IMG/VR virus record: IMGVR_UViG_3300044539_000111
Coordinates: 50,201-114,200 of that record
Source of the DNA: a virus
Direction: 5' to 3' (one strand)
DNA length: 64,000 nucleotides
A program made the position numbers and the translations under genes. The notes beneath the pieces are model-generated. The model was not told where the DNA came from. It was given only the letters and a program-made list of their open reading frames with translations, and ran no database searches. This document shows, piece after piece, positions 21,401 to 30,122 of this stretch; position 1 is the first letter of the stretch, and each line of letters starts with the position of its first letter.

Positions 21401-24400
21401 TTTCCAATAGATTTGTACATCAAGAATTTAACTTTCTTAGTGCCTTGCTGAACAGTTTCTTCTCCTTCTTCAACAATGTCGTCATCTTCTTCATTGAGTT
21501 GGTCTTGAAGAGCGTTTCTTTGTTTAAGAACATCTGCAATTTCTGCATCAATTTTTGTAGTATCTTGATCGCTTTGTCCAATTGATTTTTGAATTGCATC
21601 TTTAATCTCAGCTAAGACTCTTTCTGTTTCTGCAACTGTAGTATTGCCAGGATATTTAATATCCGCTACAAGTTTTTCAAAAACAGCTTCATTAAAATTT
21701 TCTGGAACTTTAACATTTACTTTAGTAGAACCGCCAGATCTACCAAACATATCTCTACCTTCAATGATTACACCAAGTACTCCATTATTAACATAGTAAT
21801 TAGTTTTACCATATCTTTTTAATTTGTTAAGTTCTTGGGTTTCATCACCCATTTTTATAGAAGCGTCATCACTAATGATTCTTTCATTACCATTTTTTGT
21901 AGTTGATTCAACATTTAATTTTAAATCAGCTTTAGATCCACTCGGTTGTGATAAACTTTGTGTTTTCTTGTCATTAATAAGTTTTTCAGCTGCATCATAA
22001 GATACTTCATTTTCTACTTCATTCTCACTAAATAAAAAATACGGATTAGAATACTCAATAGTTTTTAAATCCAGTGTTCTAGTAACTGACTTACCACTAA
22101 CATCAGTAAATGTAAATGAGTTATTGTTAAAGCTTGTAATAGTCCCAAGCTTCTCTACAACAGGATCTGATGTATTATTTCTATTTATATAGTAAGCAAA
22201 TTGTCCAACAACAGGTTTAACATTATTCAACATGCGCAGGTACTGATACAACGGCATGTTTTTTCCAGGAAACTTTTTCTTAGAGAATGATAAAACATCT
22301 CTGGCATTTTCAAATTCTTTTAATGCTGCGGTTGAATCATCTTGAGCTGCCGCACTTGGTCTAGCTTTAACAGAAACATTAAGAGATGTGTCAACAGCAG
22401 ACAATACAAATTTACCATTTATAATATTTGGTAAAATTGCATTCATCTTTGTTCTTGCTGCCCTAGTTGCATTATCTATTTCTTCTTGTGTAGCGTTTTC
22501 AGAAATCTTTACAGATGTTGTAACCCATGCATCTCTTCCAGGTTGTCCATTAGACGTACCTTCAGATAACCTATTTCCATTAGCATCTACTTTAGAATAA
22601 AGCACAACAAATCTATCATTCTCAGTTGCACTATTTGTTGCACCCTTAGTAATTAATATACCTTGTGCTGTTGATTGTTGACCAATTAAACCTCTAATGT
22701 CCCCAACGCCTTTATCCTTAGATTCTGATGCCTCCGTATATCCTCTTTCAATACCACCAACATGTACTTCAAATGTTTGATCTTTCGCTACTGGTGCAGA
22801 AACTGGCGCAGGAGCACTAGCTGCAATCTTTTTTTGATTACTTAACTGTTGAATTTTTGTATCTAAATCTGCAATTTCTTTTTGCAATTCAGTTACTCGC
22901 GGATTAGCTTTTTTGTTTTGTAATGCTTTCTTTACAAACACAGGAATTTCAGCTGTAATATCAATGATTAATCTGCCATCAATTTGAGCACGGATATTTC
23001 CATAAACCCAATTGGTAATTCTTGCATCATCTAATTCTTGACCAAGATCAACAAGTCTTTCAGTCCATTCAGCAATAACTAAATTATTTCCAAAAACAAT
23101 TTCAGGATGTAAAAAATCACCAAAAATATCTGGACGCTCACTAGCATTATCTAATACAAGCAAATCTCCTCCTTTATTTACAGTCTGTTCTTCAATAACG
23201 GTTCTTACACTTTTGACAGTCTTCTTTCTTGTTCGTGGTTTAAGTGTAGCTTCAGTTGATTGAGCTTGTTTCCCTGCTTCAATTATTTTACCAAGATCAA
23301 CTTTAACATTGCTGTTTACTGAATACTCAGCCAAATCTGTAATGGTAGTTTTTCTTGGATTAAATCTTCCAATGTCTGACTTACTAATATTAAGAAACTC
23401 AGCAACTTTAGCCAACATTCTTTTAATGAACTGGCCTATCTTTTTGAATAAACCTGGTTCTTTCTTTTCACTTAATTTATTACTTACACTTAAATCATAA
23501 GCTCTACCAACAAGTTCATGTTCAAATTGTCTTGAACCAATTTTGTCTTCAGTACCATAATTTTTTTCAACATAATCAATAATCTCTTGACTGCCTTTTG
23601 CTTCAGCTACAAGTTGTTTATAAAACTCAGGATTAGTTTTTTCAAGATTAATTAAAAATGGATGCAAGAAAATCTCATGGTATAAAGTATTTTCTTTTAC
23701 AGCATCTGCAACAATGTAGGCTGTATTTGTTTTCTCATCATAGAATCCAGCAACAGTTTCTTCTTCTGCTTGAAAGAAAATATTTTTAACCATCTCAATT
23801 CCATCACCAATATTGTCTGCATTATTTACTAACCAGTCAACCATTTCTCCTACTTTACCATTAGTTTGATAAACAGAAAGTTCTTTTAGATTAGCAATTA
23901 ACTCAGATAATGAAGTTGAATTATTATAAATGGACATAAGAAGTTCTTTTAAAGAAACTTCATTTACTCCTTTCTGAAGATTAAAGCCCATGTATAATGG
24001 ATCATAAAGCAAGTCATTTAGAATTGTAGAAAACTTTTGATAGAACGGATCTTGAAGACTGTTTAAGATTTTGTCTGCTTCTTCTTGTGAAGCCAAAACT
24101 TTTACATTTACATTCCATCTCTGACCTAGCTCAGTAGCCAACTTATTTAATTCCTCTACTTGTTCTTTTGACGCAGCCGCTCTTTGTTGTTTTACTTCTT
24201 TTGATTCTTCATTACTTTCAGATATGTTGTCTATAATGGAATCATCTAAAGCTTTAGCAGCAATGTTAATTACTCGGTTGGCTAGTTTTTTATCAATGTC
24301 TTCTTGTACAATGACTCCAATTCCCGTACTTAAAGTTGACCAAAGAGATTTACTTGTAGGTTGTACTGTATCTTCTACAGTTGCTAAAAATTTTTGGAAT

Positions 24401-27400
24401 TGCAAATCATTCATGGCTTCTGTCATGAAAATGTTTACATCTTCAAATACTGACAACTCATCTACATTAGCTCTTGGATTTGCGCTGGCAAATGCTTTTT
24501 TAGCTTGCTCCATTGCATTACGAGCAGCTAAATATAAATCATCTTTTGTTTTTAATTTTTCTGTAATTGCATGTTGAGTAAGCCCAGTAACAATAAGATT
24601 TTCAAATGACATTACTGAATTAGTATAATCACTTCCAGCAAATCGTATATCTAACTCTAAGATACCATCATCAGTGAGTTTAACCGGCAATGTGTTATCA
24701 CTAACAAATTTAATTGTAACATCTTGCTCACCCAACTTAGTAAGAATTTCTCTATCTAGTTTAGTCAAATACTTATTTTCAGCCGCCATTAATTTAGCTA
24801 AAAGTCTTTGTCCTTCAGGAGATGACAACTTAATTGGCTCATTTAATTTGACTTTGTACTGTCTTAAAATACCAGCAATAGTTCTTTTATCAGACTTTAG
24901 TTTGCGCCCTTGTTTATTTAATTGAGTTCTGTCATTGGTAATGGTTTTACCTTTGAGTTTTTTAATGTAAGAGTTAATAATTTTTTGAGCAGCCTCATAC
25001 TGTTCTGGAGTTGCTAGTTCGTTTGTGGTGATGTTAAAAATTTCTTGAGGCATTAATCCTTTATTCAACAAATCATCTAGTTCCTGTAAATCAAAAAACA
25101 AATTATTGTTGTACAAATCATTAAGCATGTCATCAGAAACTGCTTTTTTATCAAACTCATATAATGCAGAAAGAATATGATCTTCTTTATTTTCTTCAAG
25201 TCTTTTTAGCATTTCTTCTTGACCTTCAATAAAAACAGAAGAACCCGCAGGATTTAAAATAGTATCAATTAACTCTTGATTAAACCTACCTTCTTCAGCA
25301 AGTGCTAAGTAATCAAAAACTTTATTAAACTGCTGTCTGTTAAACTGAAGTTGAGATGTAGTATTAATTAATTTGTTTTTTCCAGACACCTCAAGAATAC
25401 CGTGATAAGCATCAAATAATTCATCAAATGTATCTGATTCAGAAATAGAACCTTTTTCATTTTTTTGTTCAGCTTTATAAGCACTTAATTTTGCTTGATA
25501 ATTTTCATAAGCTTTTAACTTAGCTCTTGCCTGTGCTTGATTTTGAACAGCAGCATCGCCATAAGCCGATAACTTTGAATTAGTTTCTACTTCAGTTTTT
25601 AATAATTGAATTTGTTGGTTTAAGTCACCCTCATCTAAAAGAGCATTAACTTCCAATGTAGAAAGAGGATTATCACTATTAATCTCAGCTCTAATTTCTT
25701 TTTGTCTATTTGCTCTATCCGCAATTTTAGCATGACTAAATAATAATTCTTTCTTTAAGTTTTCAACTGACCTGTATTTAAAATACTTATTCAAATACTC
25801 TGGATCATTAACATCCAAAGATTTTAAATCAATTGGATTATTAATAGTGTTTTGAATTTCATTGTAAACACCTCTTAGCTTTTTAATATTTTCTGCTTGA
25901 TGCTGAAGCTTCTTTTGATACTGACCTTTGGTTTCTTCAGTAATATCTGTTCTGCTAAATATTTCATTTAATTGCTGGGCGTTTAAATTTTTACCCATGT
26001 ACTCTAAATGATCAGCAAATTGATTCTCCATTCCTGATTCAAGCAAAGTATGCACACCATTAACAAAAGATTCATGCTGTTTATTTTTCATGGTTTTTTG
26101 ATCACCAGATTCACCAGCAGTTAATATTTGTTCTTGTAGTTCACTTTGTGAATAAATGCCTTTTGACCAAGCATCAACAAAGTTTTTACTGTTGTTAAAG
26201 AACTCAGTAAGAACTTTTGCTTTTTCTTTTCTTTTAGATTCAACATCTACTTTTTGTTGTTTGTATTTATCTCTATCAGAAAAATAGTCATAGGTTTTAT
26301 TTACACCACCATTAAATAAATAATTTTGAGTTTGCTGTGATGCAAATCCAACAGGTGATGCAAATACACCCATTAATGCACCAGAAAGAAATGTACTTAA
26401 ACCTTCACCACTCTTTTGTTTATCAATGGCTTTTGTAACATCATTTTCTAAAAAGCTCATCATCCCACCACGAACTTGTAAACCTTTTACATTTCTTTCA
26501 CGGTAAGCTTTAACTGATTCAGAAATTACATCCTGTCCAAGCTCTTGGAATCCTTCCATTGAACCGGATACCACACTTTTTAATGCGCCTTGCCAAGTTA
26601 TTTCTCCAATTTTTTTTCTACCATAATTCCAAACATTTTTCTTGAGAACATCAACAGCTACTTTGCCTCCTTCTTTTTGAACAACTTTAAATAAATCACC
26701 AGCATTAGCAAAAAATTTATTTGTACCACGCATAGATTTAAGCATGTTATCAAATGTAATTGCATTTGTAGCATAAATTAAAGCAAAGTTTGAAGTATAA
26801 ACATTGTCCCGTACTTTTTGAGATTCACCTTCAATTTTGTTGGCCATTTCTTTTGATAATGGCTTGCCTGCCATATCTGGATTACTTTTATAATAATCAT
26901 CATACATTTTTTCTCTAAACTCTTTAGCCGCCATATCGGCTTCTAATTTAGATTCACTGTGGGACATTGTGATTTTTCTAGCATCTCTTACAATAGATCC
27001 TACACCTAATGCTGTCTGTTTTAATCCATTTATATCTTTTAATTTATCAGCTGTAAAAATAAAATCCATTGTGTTTTCCAATGGATTTAAAGCTTTACCA
27101 AAACCTTTTACACTAGCTCCGGCTTTACCCATAAAACCAGTTGCCGTTTTTACATCTTGAAGTTTATTTACAAACTTCAACATATTACCAGCTTGCTTTA
27201 ATCTTGATACACCCTGTACTAACAAAGATCCTCCAGCAGCAACAGTTGCCGGTGCAGCAGCACCTCCACTTAATGCAGTAACACCAGCTAATGCTAATTC
27301 TTCAGCAGCAATACCGCCAATGATACCAATAGTATATCCAGAAGATAACATTGTATTAGACCAAAAACCAGCATTGCCACCTCTTGATGAAGAAAACTTA

Positions 27401-27846
27401 CTCATTGTATCTTCAAAATCAAGATAACTTCCTGAGTCAGCAAATGCGCCTAAGCCAATTGTATCTTGAAATCCAATACCTGCTAATTTCCACATGCCGT
27501 CCCAAGCTCTACCTACATCAGCGGACCAGTGAGTATTATCATCATATAGTACATCCATTCCGGATTTTTTACCTGGAATACCGCCTGCTTTAAATGGATC
27601 AAATCCTAGTTTACCATAAGTTTCAGAACCATAAGTTGCATACTTTGCAAGATTAGCCTGCTTAGCAGAAAAATCTTTAGCCTTACCCATATTATAAACA
27701 CTTACTAATTTAGGTAGTGCTTTTTCTAAATGTTTATCAGCTAACTGTTTAAACTTTACATCATCTGCATCCAGTTTTGGTTTTGGTTTTTGTGCATCAT
27801 CATTAAAATCCTTTTCTGATATTGTAATTGTCTTTAACTCGGCCAT
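18454..27846 (-). CDS. Giant virion cargo/ejection protein (3130 aa) with putative membrane-inserting segments and zincin-like domains
   Basis: Gly/Ala-rich hydrophobic segments at about 27217-27333 and 26341-26394. 'AGFYDEKTNTAYIV…TLYHEIFLH…FEHELV' zincin-like domain (motif at 23662-23679). Long coiled coils. Lies immediately upstream of the virion RNAP. Confidence 0.8.
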   Translation of the reverse strand: MAELKTITISEKDFNDDAQKPKPKLDADDVKFKQLADKHLEKALPKLVSVYNMGKAKDFSAKQANLAKYATYGSETYGKLGFDPFKAGGIPGKKSGMDVLYDDNTHWSADVGRAWDGMWKLAGIGFQDTIGLGAFADSGSYLDFEDTMSKFSSSRGGNAGFWSNTMLSSGYTIGIIGGIAAEELALAGVTALSGGAAAPATVAAGGSLLVQGVSRLKQAGNMLKFVNKLQDVKTATGFMGKAGASVKGFGKALNPLENTMDFIFTADKLKDINGLKQTALGVGSIVRDARKITMSHSESKLEADMAAKEFREKMYDDYYKSNPDMAGKPLSKEMANKIEGESQKVRDNVYTSNFALIYATNAITFDNMLKSMRGTNKFFANAGDLFKVVQKEGGKVAVDVLKKNVWNYGRKKIGEITWQGALKSVVSGSMEGFQELGQDVISESVKAYRERNVKGLQVRGGMMSFLENDVTKAIDKQKSGEGLSTFLSGALMGVFASPVGFASQQTQNYLFNGGVNKTYDYFSDRDKYKQQKVDVESKRKEKAKVLTEFFNNSKNFVDAWSKGIYSQSELQEQILTAGESGDQKTMKNKQHESFVNGVHTLLESGMENQFADHLEYMGKNLNAQQLNEIFSRTDITEETKGQYQKKLQHQAENIKKLRGVYNEIQNTINNPIDLKSLDVNDPEYLNKYFKYRSVENLKKELLFSHAKIADRANRQKEIRAEINSDNPLSTLEVNALLDEGDLNQQIQLLKTEVETNSKLSAYGDAAVQNQAQARAKLKAYENYQAKLSAYKAEQKNEKGSISESDTFDELFDAYHGILEVSGKNKLINTTSQLQFNRQQFNKVFDYLALAEEGRFNQELIDTILNPAGSSVFIEGQEEMLKRLEENKEDHILSALYEFDKKAVSDDMLNDLYNNNLFFDLQELDDLLNKGLMPQEIFNITTNELATPEQYEAAQKIINSYIKKLKGKTITNDRTQLNKQGRKLKSDKRTIAGILRQYKVKLNEPIKLSSPEGQRLLAKLMAAENKYLTKLDREILTKLGEQDVTIKFVSDNTLPVKLTDDGILELDIRFAGSDYTNSVMSFENLIVTGLTQHAITEKLKTKDDLYLAARNAMEQAKKAFASANPRANVDELSVFEDVNIFMTEAMNDLQFQKFLATVEDTVQPTSKSLWSTLSTGIGVIVQEDIDKKLANRVINIAAKALDDSIIDNISESNEESKEVKQQRAAASKEQVEELNKLATELGQRWNVNVKVLASQEEADKILNSLQDPFYQKFSTILNDLLYDPLYMGFNLQKGVNEVSLKELLMSIYNNSTSLSELIANLKELSVYQTNGKVGEMVDWLVNNADNIGDGIEMVKNIFFQAEEETVAGFYDEKTNTAYIVADAVKENTLYHEIFLHPFLINLEKTNPEFYKQLVAEAKGSQEIIDYVEKNYGTEDKIGSRQFEHELVGRAYDLSVSNKLSEKKEPGLFKKIGQFIKRMLAKVAEFLNISKSDIGRFNPRKTTITDLAEYSVNSNVKVDLGKIIEAGKQAQSTEATLKPRTRKKTVKSVRTVIEEQTVNKGGDLLVLDNASERPDIFGDFLHPEIVFGNNLVIAEWTERLVDLGQELDDARITNWVYGNIRAQIDGRLIIDITAEIPVFVKKALQNKKANPRVTELQKEIADLDTKIQQLSNQKKIAASAPAPVSAPVAKDQTFEVHVGGIERGYTEASESKDKGVGDIRGLIGQQSTAQGILITKGATNSATENDRFVVLYSKVDANGNRLSEGTSNGQPGRDAWVTTSVKISENATQEEIDNATRAARTKMNAILPNIINGKFVLSAVDTSLNVSVKARPSAAAQDDSTAALKEFENARDVLSFSKKKFPGKNMPLYQYLRMLNNVKPVVGQFAYYINRNNTSDPVVEKLGTITSFNNNSFTFTDVSGKSVTRTLDLKTIEYSNPYFLFSENEVENEVSYDAAEKLINDKKTQSLSQPSGSKADLKLNVESTTKNGNERIISDDASIKMGDETQELNKLKRYGKTNYYVNNGVLGVIIEGRDMFGRSGGSTKVNVKVPENFNEAVFEKLVADIKYPGNTTVAETERVLAEIKDAIQKSIGQSDQDTTKIDAEIADVLKQRNALQDQLNEEDDDIVEEGEETVQQGTKKVKFLMYKSIGKGSTAASAGEWVPLIAIGKAINDEGKEIEWFVKAFHKGQDPKFNKYGSVTFADIDRELKIMEPNLFTEPENWVTEQISRDIEEETVVEEEIPAEEQEPENEIQAETSYQSRTEILDDLDSVKNEIAKLEVEYDKVTEEINTGKLSLIQKRKAINKQNLLAIDINDLYQQLNNLQAGLSEIGEEAEILNNDAQYVPAFDYNGNEIISSETPWMDIPQSLRNELADLFGKALNKLNDADVIVIKAEMKSNPKYISVISAFSKLRLDQQDTELGAKELKLNNQKVEDAKLKLKQQQQQNRIAARQAKKQKRAARPKVSDEDILKSVLKDYDYSILSPKEISQLVAKLKDKSNALIDFTVNDIVAFINNKKLVQAQKEQKLADIEQQKEEARVNKQIKGNLDFLMLPVIPFKTSYGKEIKMRIPQNGMVKFITTYHPEIFTLPRQEFLDAVNDILKSRITDIKFFNTKDFGFERGSKTTHLKLYSLFRKLEKEKKLYPEVVNKINLALYNADSKFRIRATRSGKNATMSSMYVIQKVKSTKRITPPGAYGSSKKILGSYEVNTGSPSAFDLEVAIAMYFLQGGKIKPSALEQVFGENASEVKDWKGIASESAADSKASFDSASVSILESQNFDVTTTGIDGAMAANALEAFLMKYSSLSNAVRNLVDQVQSDQSKAEDQNRGISNEEADERLFLQELEEKGMSADESAEYLAHLKFLQTEEGQEALESEAKLLDEYYNSQEFELLNDEFTGDENDLSDAGSELKEVGSEEEDVEEVEEETDTESIFENKDTEKPEKTEVDLYLDELDSLASIPTRGALPNAIEYAWDNLNKDKKTDIAFAAAVFRLVTNGKFAFGEKTENRNEAIIRAKISEGHYRGKSVQINGKVYRIAGYQKRMVVLQDVNNLSEYLNFEIDAFLNGIEKEVPVNTDVANLNIDSIVKVKEFDYIKSAYTDILNNFTTYMGEANSLSEDKLISSLKEETTKCKT

Positions 27847-27855
27847 GACTAATTG

Positions 27856-30120
27856 TTATTTGCTGTTTCTATAATCCTTTGCTAAAAAATCCAAAAATGT
27901 TTTCTGTGCATCATTTACAGAAATTGCAGAACCATAAGGTATTTCATAAATTTTTGATTTCAAAAACCCTTCACTGTTATAATCCCATATTTCCCCAACA
28001 TAAGAATCTCTTTCTTTGTCATATTTCAATGCTGCAGATTTATATGCCGGTTTATTATTTTTGTCATTAAAAATAGGCATATCAAGTTGACCTTTAGCTT
28101 TAAAAGTAAAGTCTAATGGATCTCTTCCGGTTTTTGTAAACAAGTCTTCTTTAACACCTTTTTTTCCTAACATTTCTTGTGGAGCATACACCATCATACT
28201 TTCTTTAGTCTTAGTGTTATAAAACTGATAAGCCGATTGACCAGAAACATTGGTGTTCCTATAGAAAGTCATAGTAACATTATCATTGTTTGTTTTTAAA
28301 AAATTCTTTAAAACTTGTTCATTTAGTTTTCTTTGTTCTTTGAGTTCGCCTGCTTGCACTGCGTTAAGTCCATCTTTAATATCTTTGTTACTAAACAGCG
28401 TTACATTTTCCTTATCAACATTTCCATTTTCATCAAACAATAAACCAAATACTTTTTGAACATTTTCTTGCTTTGGTCCTGTTGTTTCTTTCAATTTCAT
28501 GTTTTTGTCAACTGCTAAATTAACACCAACATAATTCAATGCTTGGTTTCTGTCTTTACCAAAACCTGCATCTAACAAAGTTGCATCATAAATTTGTTTG
28601 ACACTAACGTCATCAAATGTTTTTTTGTAAGACTTTTTTAATTTTAGATACGCTTCAGTCCATACTTCTTTTTGCGCTCCTTCAAATGCACCACTTGTAA
28701 AAAATTGAGGATCGGTTACACCAGCAATTTTATTATAAAATTTAACCAGCCCATCAGTATTTTCAGAATACTTTTGTTCATATCCCCATTCATCTTTAAG
28801 AGCTACAGTTTTTGTTAGATTTTTACCTAACTCGCCCCTCCATGCTTTCAAAGACCGGATATTCCCATTTTCATCAACAAGAGATTTAAAAGCAACTTCC
28901 ATGTCTTTTTTAGATAAATCTCCACCAATTTTAGCACCATCTCTAATTGCTTCCCATTTTTTATTAGTAGCCACATCCAAAGTTTTTAATCTAATGTCTT
29001 TATCAACACCACGAAAAGCTTGAAAATTCATAATAGTCCTATCAATTATTCCATTTTCTTGTGTTTCATTGTAATAGTCATCTCTATCTTTACCCTTCCT
29101 TTGTGGATAATAATTTAAATTTTGACCAATGACTCCCTTTTTGTATTTATTGTAGATGGTAGCATTACCATAGTAACCCATTCTCCCAGTCATACCATTA
29201 ATTTTTTCAGAATAATTTTTAAGTATTTGCAATTGCTCAGTTCTATCTTTTCCTCGGATTTGCTTTAGGATGGTATTTGCAGTTTGCTGATCACCTGCTG
29301 CTAAATCTGGATCCTGTGTTGTTTTATGTTTTCCGATATGACTCAAAATATCCATGTTCATATTTAATGCAGCAGAATCTGATTCGCCATTAGGATGTTT
29401 TGTATCAATTCCTTGTAAAGAAGTAGATACCCATGACTTAGTAATTGGTTGAATTAAATCAAGACCTTGATTTTTATAATGCTGGTCAACTCTTTTAAGT
29501 TTTTTATAACCACTGCTTACATTAGCCAATTCATAATCAGCAACAAGTTCTTGATCCGCTGTTGGATCATAAACTACTTTAGCTGTAGTTGATGCCTTAT
29601 CTTTAGAAACTCTTGGTGTTTGATCCCATTTATCATATTGCTCTCTTGTCATCATATGACCTTCAGAGTTCATTGCTAATCCTTTACCTTTTTCATAATC
29701 ATAAGAATCAGCAATGCCATTAAAATAAACAATTGCATCTTTTTGATACTTTGTAAATTTTTCTGCATCAAACTCATCAGTATTATATTTCTTTAATTCA
29801 TTGGCCATAGCCCATGAACTATTCTTGAACTTCTTAAAATTTTCATAAGCTTTAGGATCATCTTCTTTTAGTTGTCCCATTACCATATCATACCTGCCAT
29901 TTACAGCACGCATCATAGGTTTTGAGGTTTGAAAGTTAACAAACTTTTTAAGCTCAGGGTGTTCATCTATAATAGGAGCAATTTGAGAATCCCAATTACT
30001 AAGCTCAGCTTTTGATTTTGTTTCACCTTTAGGTTCAACTTTAGCTTCAACTTTTGTTTCAATTTTTGCTTTACCTGCAGGTTCTGTATCGGATGCGCGT
30101 TTATATAAAAAATCTACCAT
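27856..30120 (-). CDS. Putative virion cargo protein (754 aa)
   Basis: Long uninterrupted ORF, tightly spaced between cargo genes. No motif recognised, so the call is by position only. Confidence 0.55.
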   Translation of the reverse strand: MVDFLYKRASDTEPAGKAKIETKVEAKVEPKGETKSKAELSNWDSQIAPIIDEHPELKKFVNFQTSKPMMRAVNGRYDMVMGQLKEDDPKAYENFKKFKNSSWAMANELKKYNTDEFDAEKFTKYQKDAIVYFNGIADSYDYEKGKGLAMNSEGHMMTREQYDKWDQTPRVSKDKASTTAKVVYDPTADQELVADYELANVSSGYKKLKRVDQHYKNQGLDLIQPITKSWVSTSLQGIDTKHPNGESDSAALNMNMDILSHIGKHKTTQDPDLAAGDQQTANTILKQIRGKDRTEQLQILKNYSEKINGMTGRMGYYGNATIYNKYKKGVIGQNLNYYPQRKGKDRDDYYNETQENGIIDRTIMNFQAFRGVDKDIRLKTLDVATNKKWEAIRDGAKIGGDLSKKDMEVAFKSLVDENGNIRSLKAWRGELGKNLTKTVALKDEWGYEQKYSENTDGLVKFYNKIAGVTDPQFFTSGAFEGAQKEVWTEAYLKLKKSYKKTFDDVSVKQIYDATLLDAGFGKDRNQALNYVGVNLAVDKNMKLKETTGPKQENVQKVFGLLFDENGNVDKENVTLFSNKDIKDGLNAVQAGELKEQRKLNEQVLKNFLKTNNDNVTMTFYRNTNVSGQSAYQFYNTKTKESMMVYAPQEMLGKKGVKEDLFTKTGRDPLDFTFKAKGQLDMPIFNDKNNKPAYKSAALKYDKERDSYVGEIWDYNSEGFLKSKIYEIPYGSAISVNDAQKTFLDFLAKDYRNSK

Positions 30121-30122
30121 GA

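Noticed and set aside
6107-27846. Inteins or self-splicing introns as the reason for the giant gene sizes
   Set aside because: I noticed no intein splice motifs, LAGLIDADG/HNH signatures or frame breaks. The extra length appears to be accessory domains. An HMM scan would be needed to exclude them fully.
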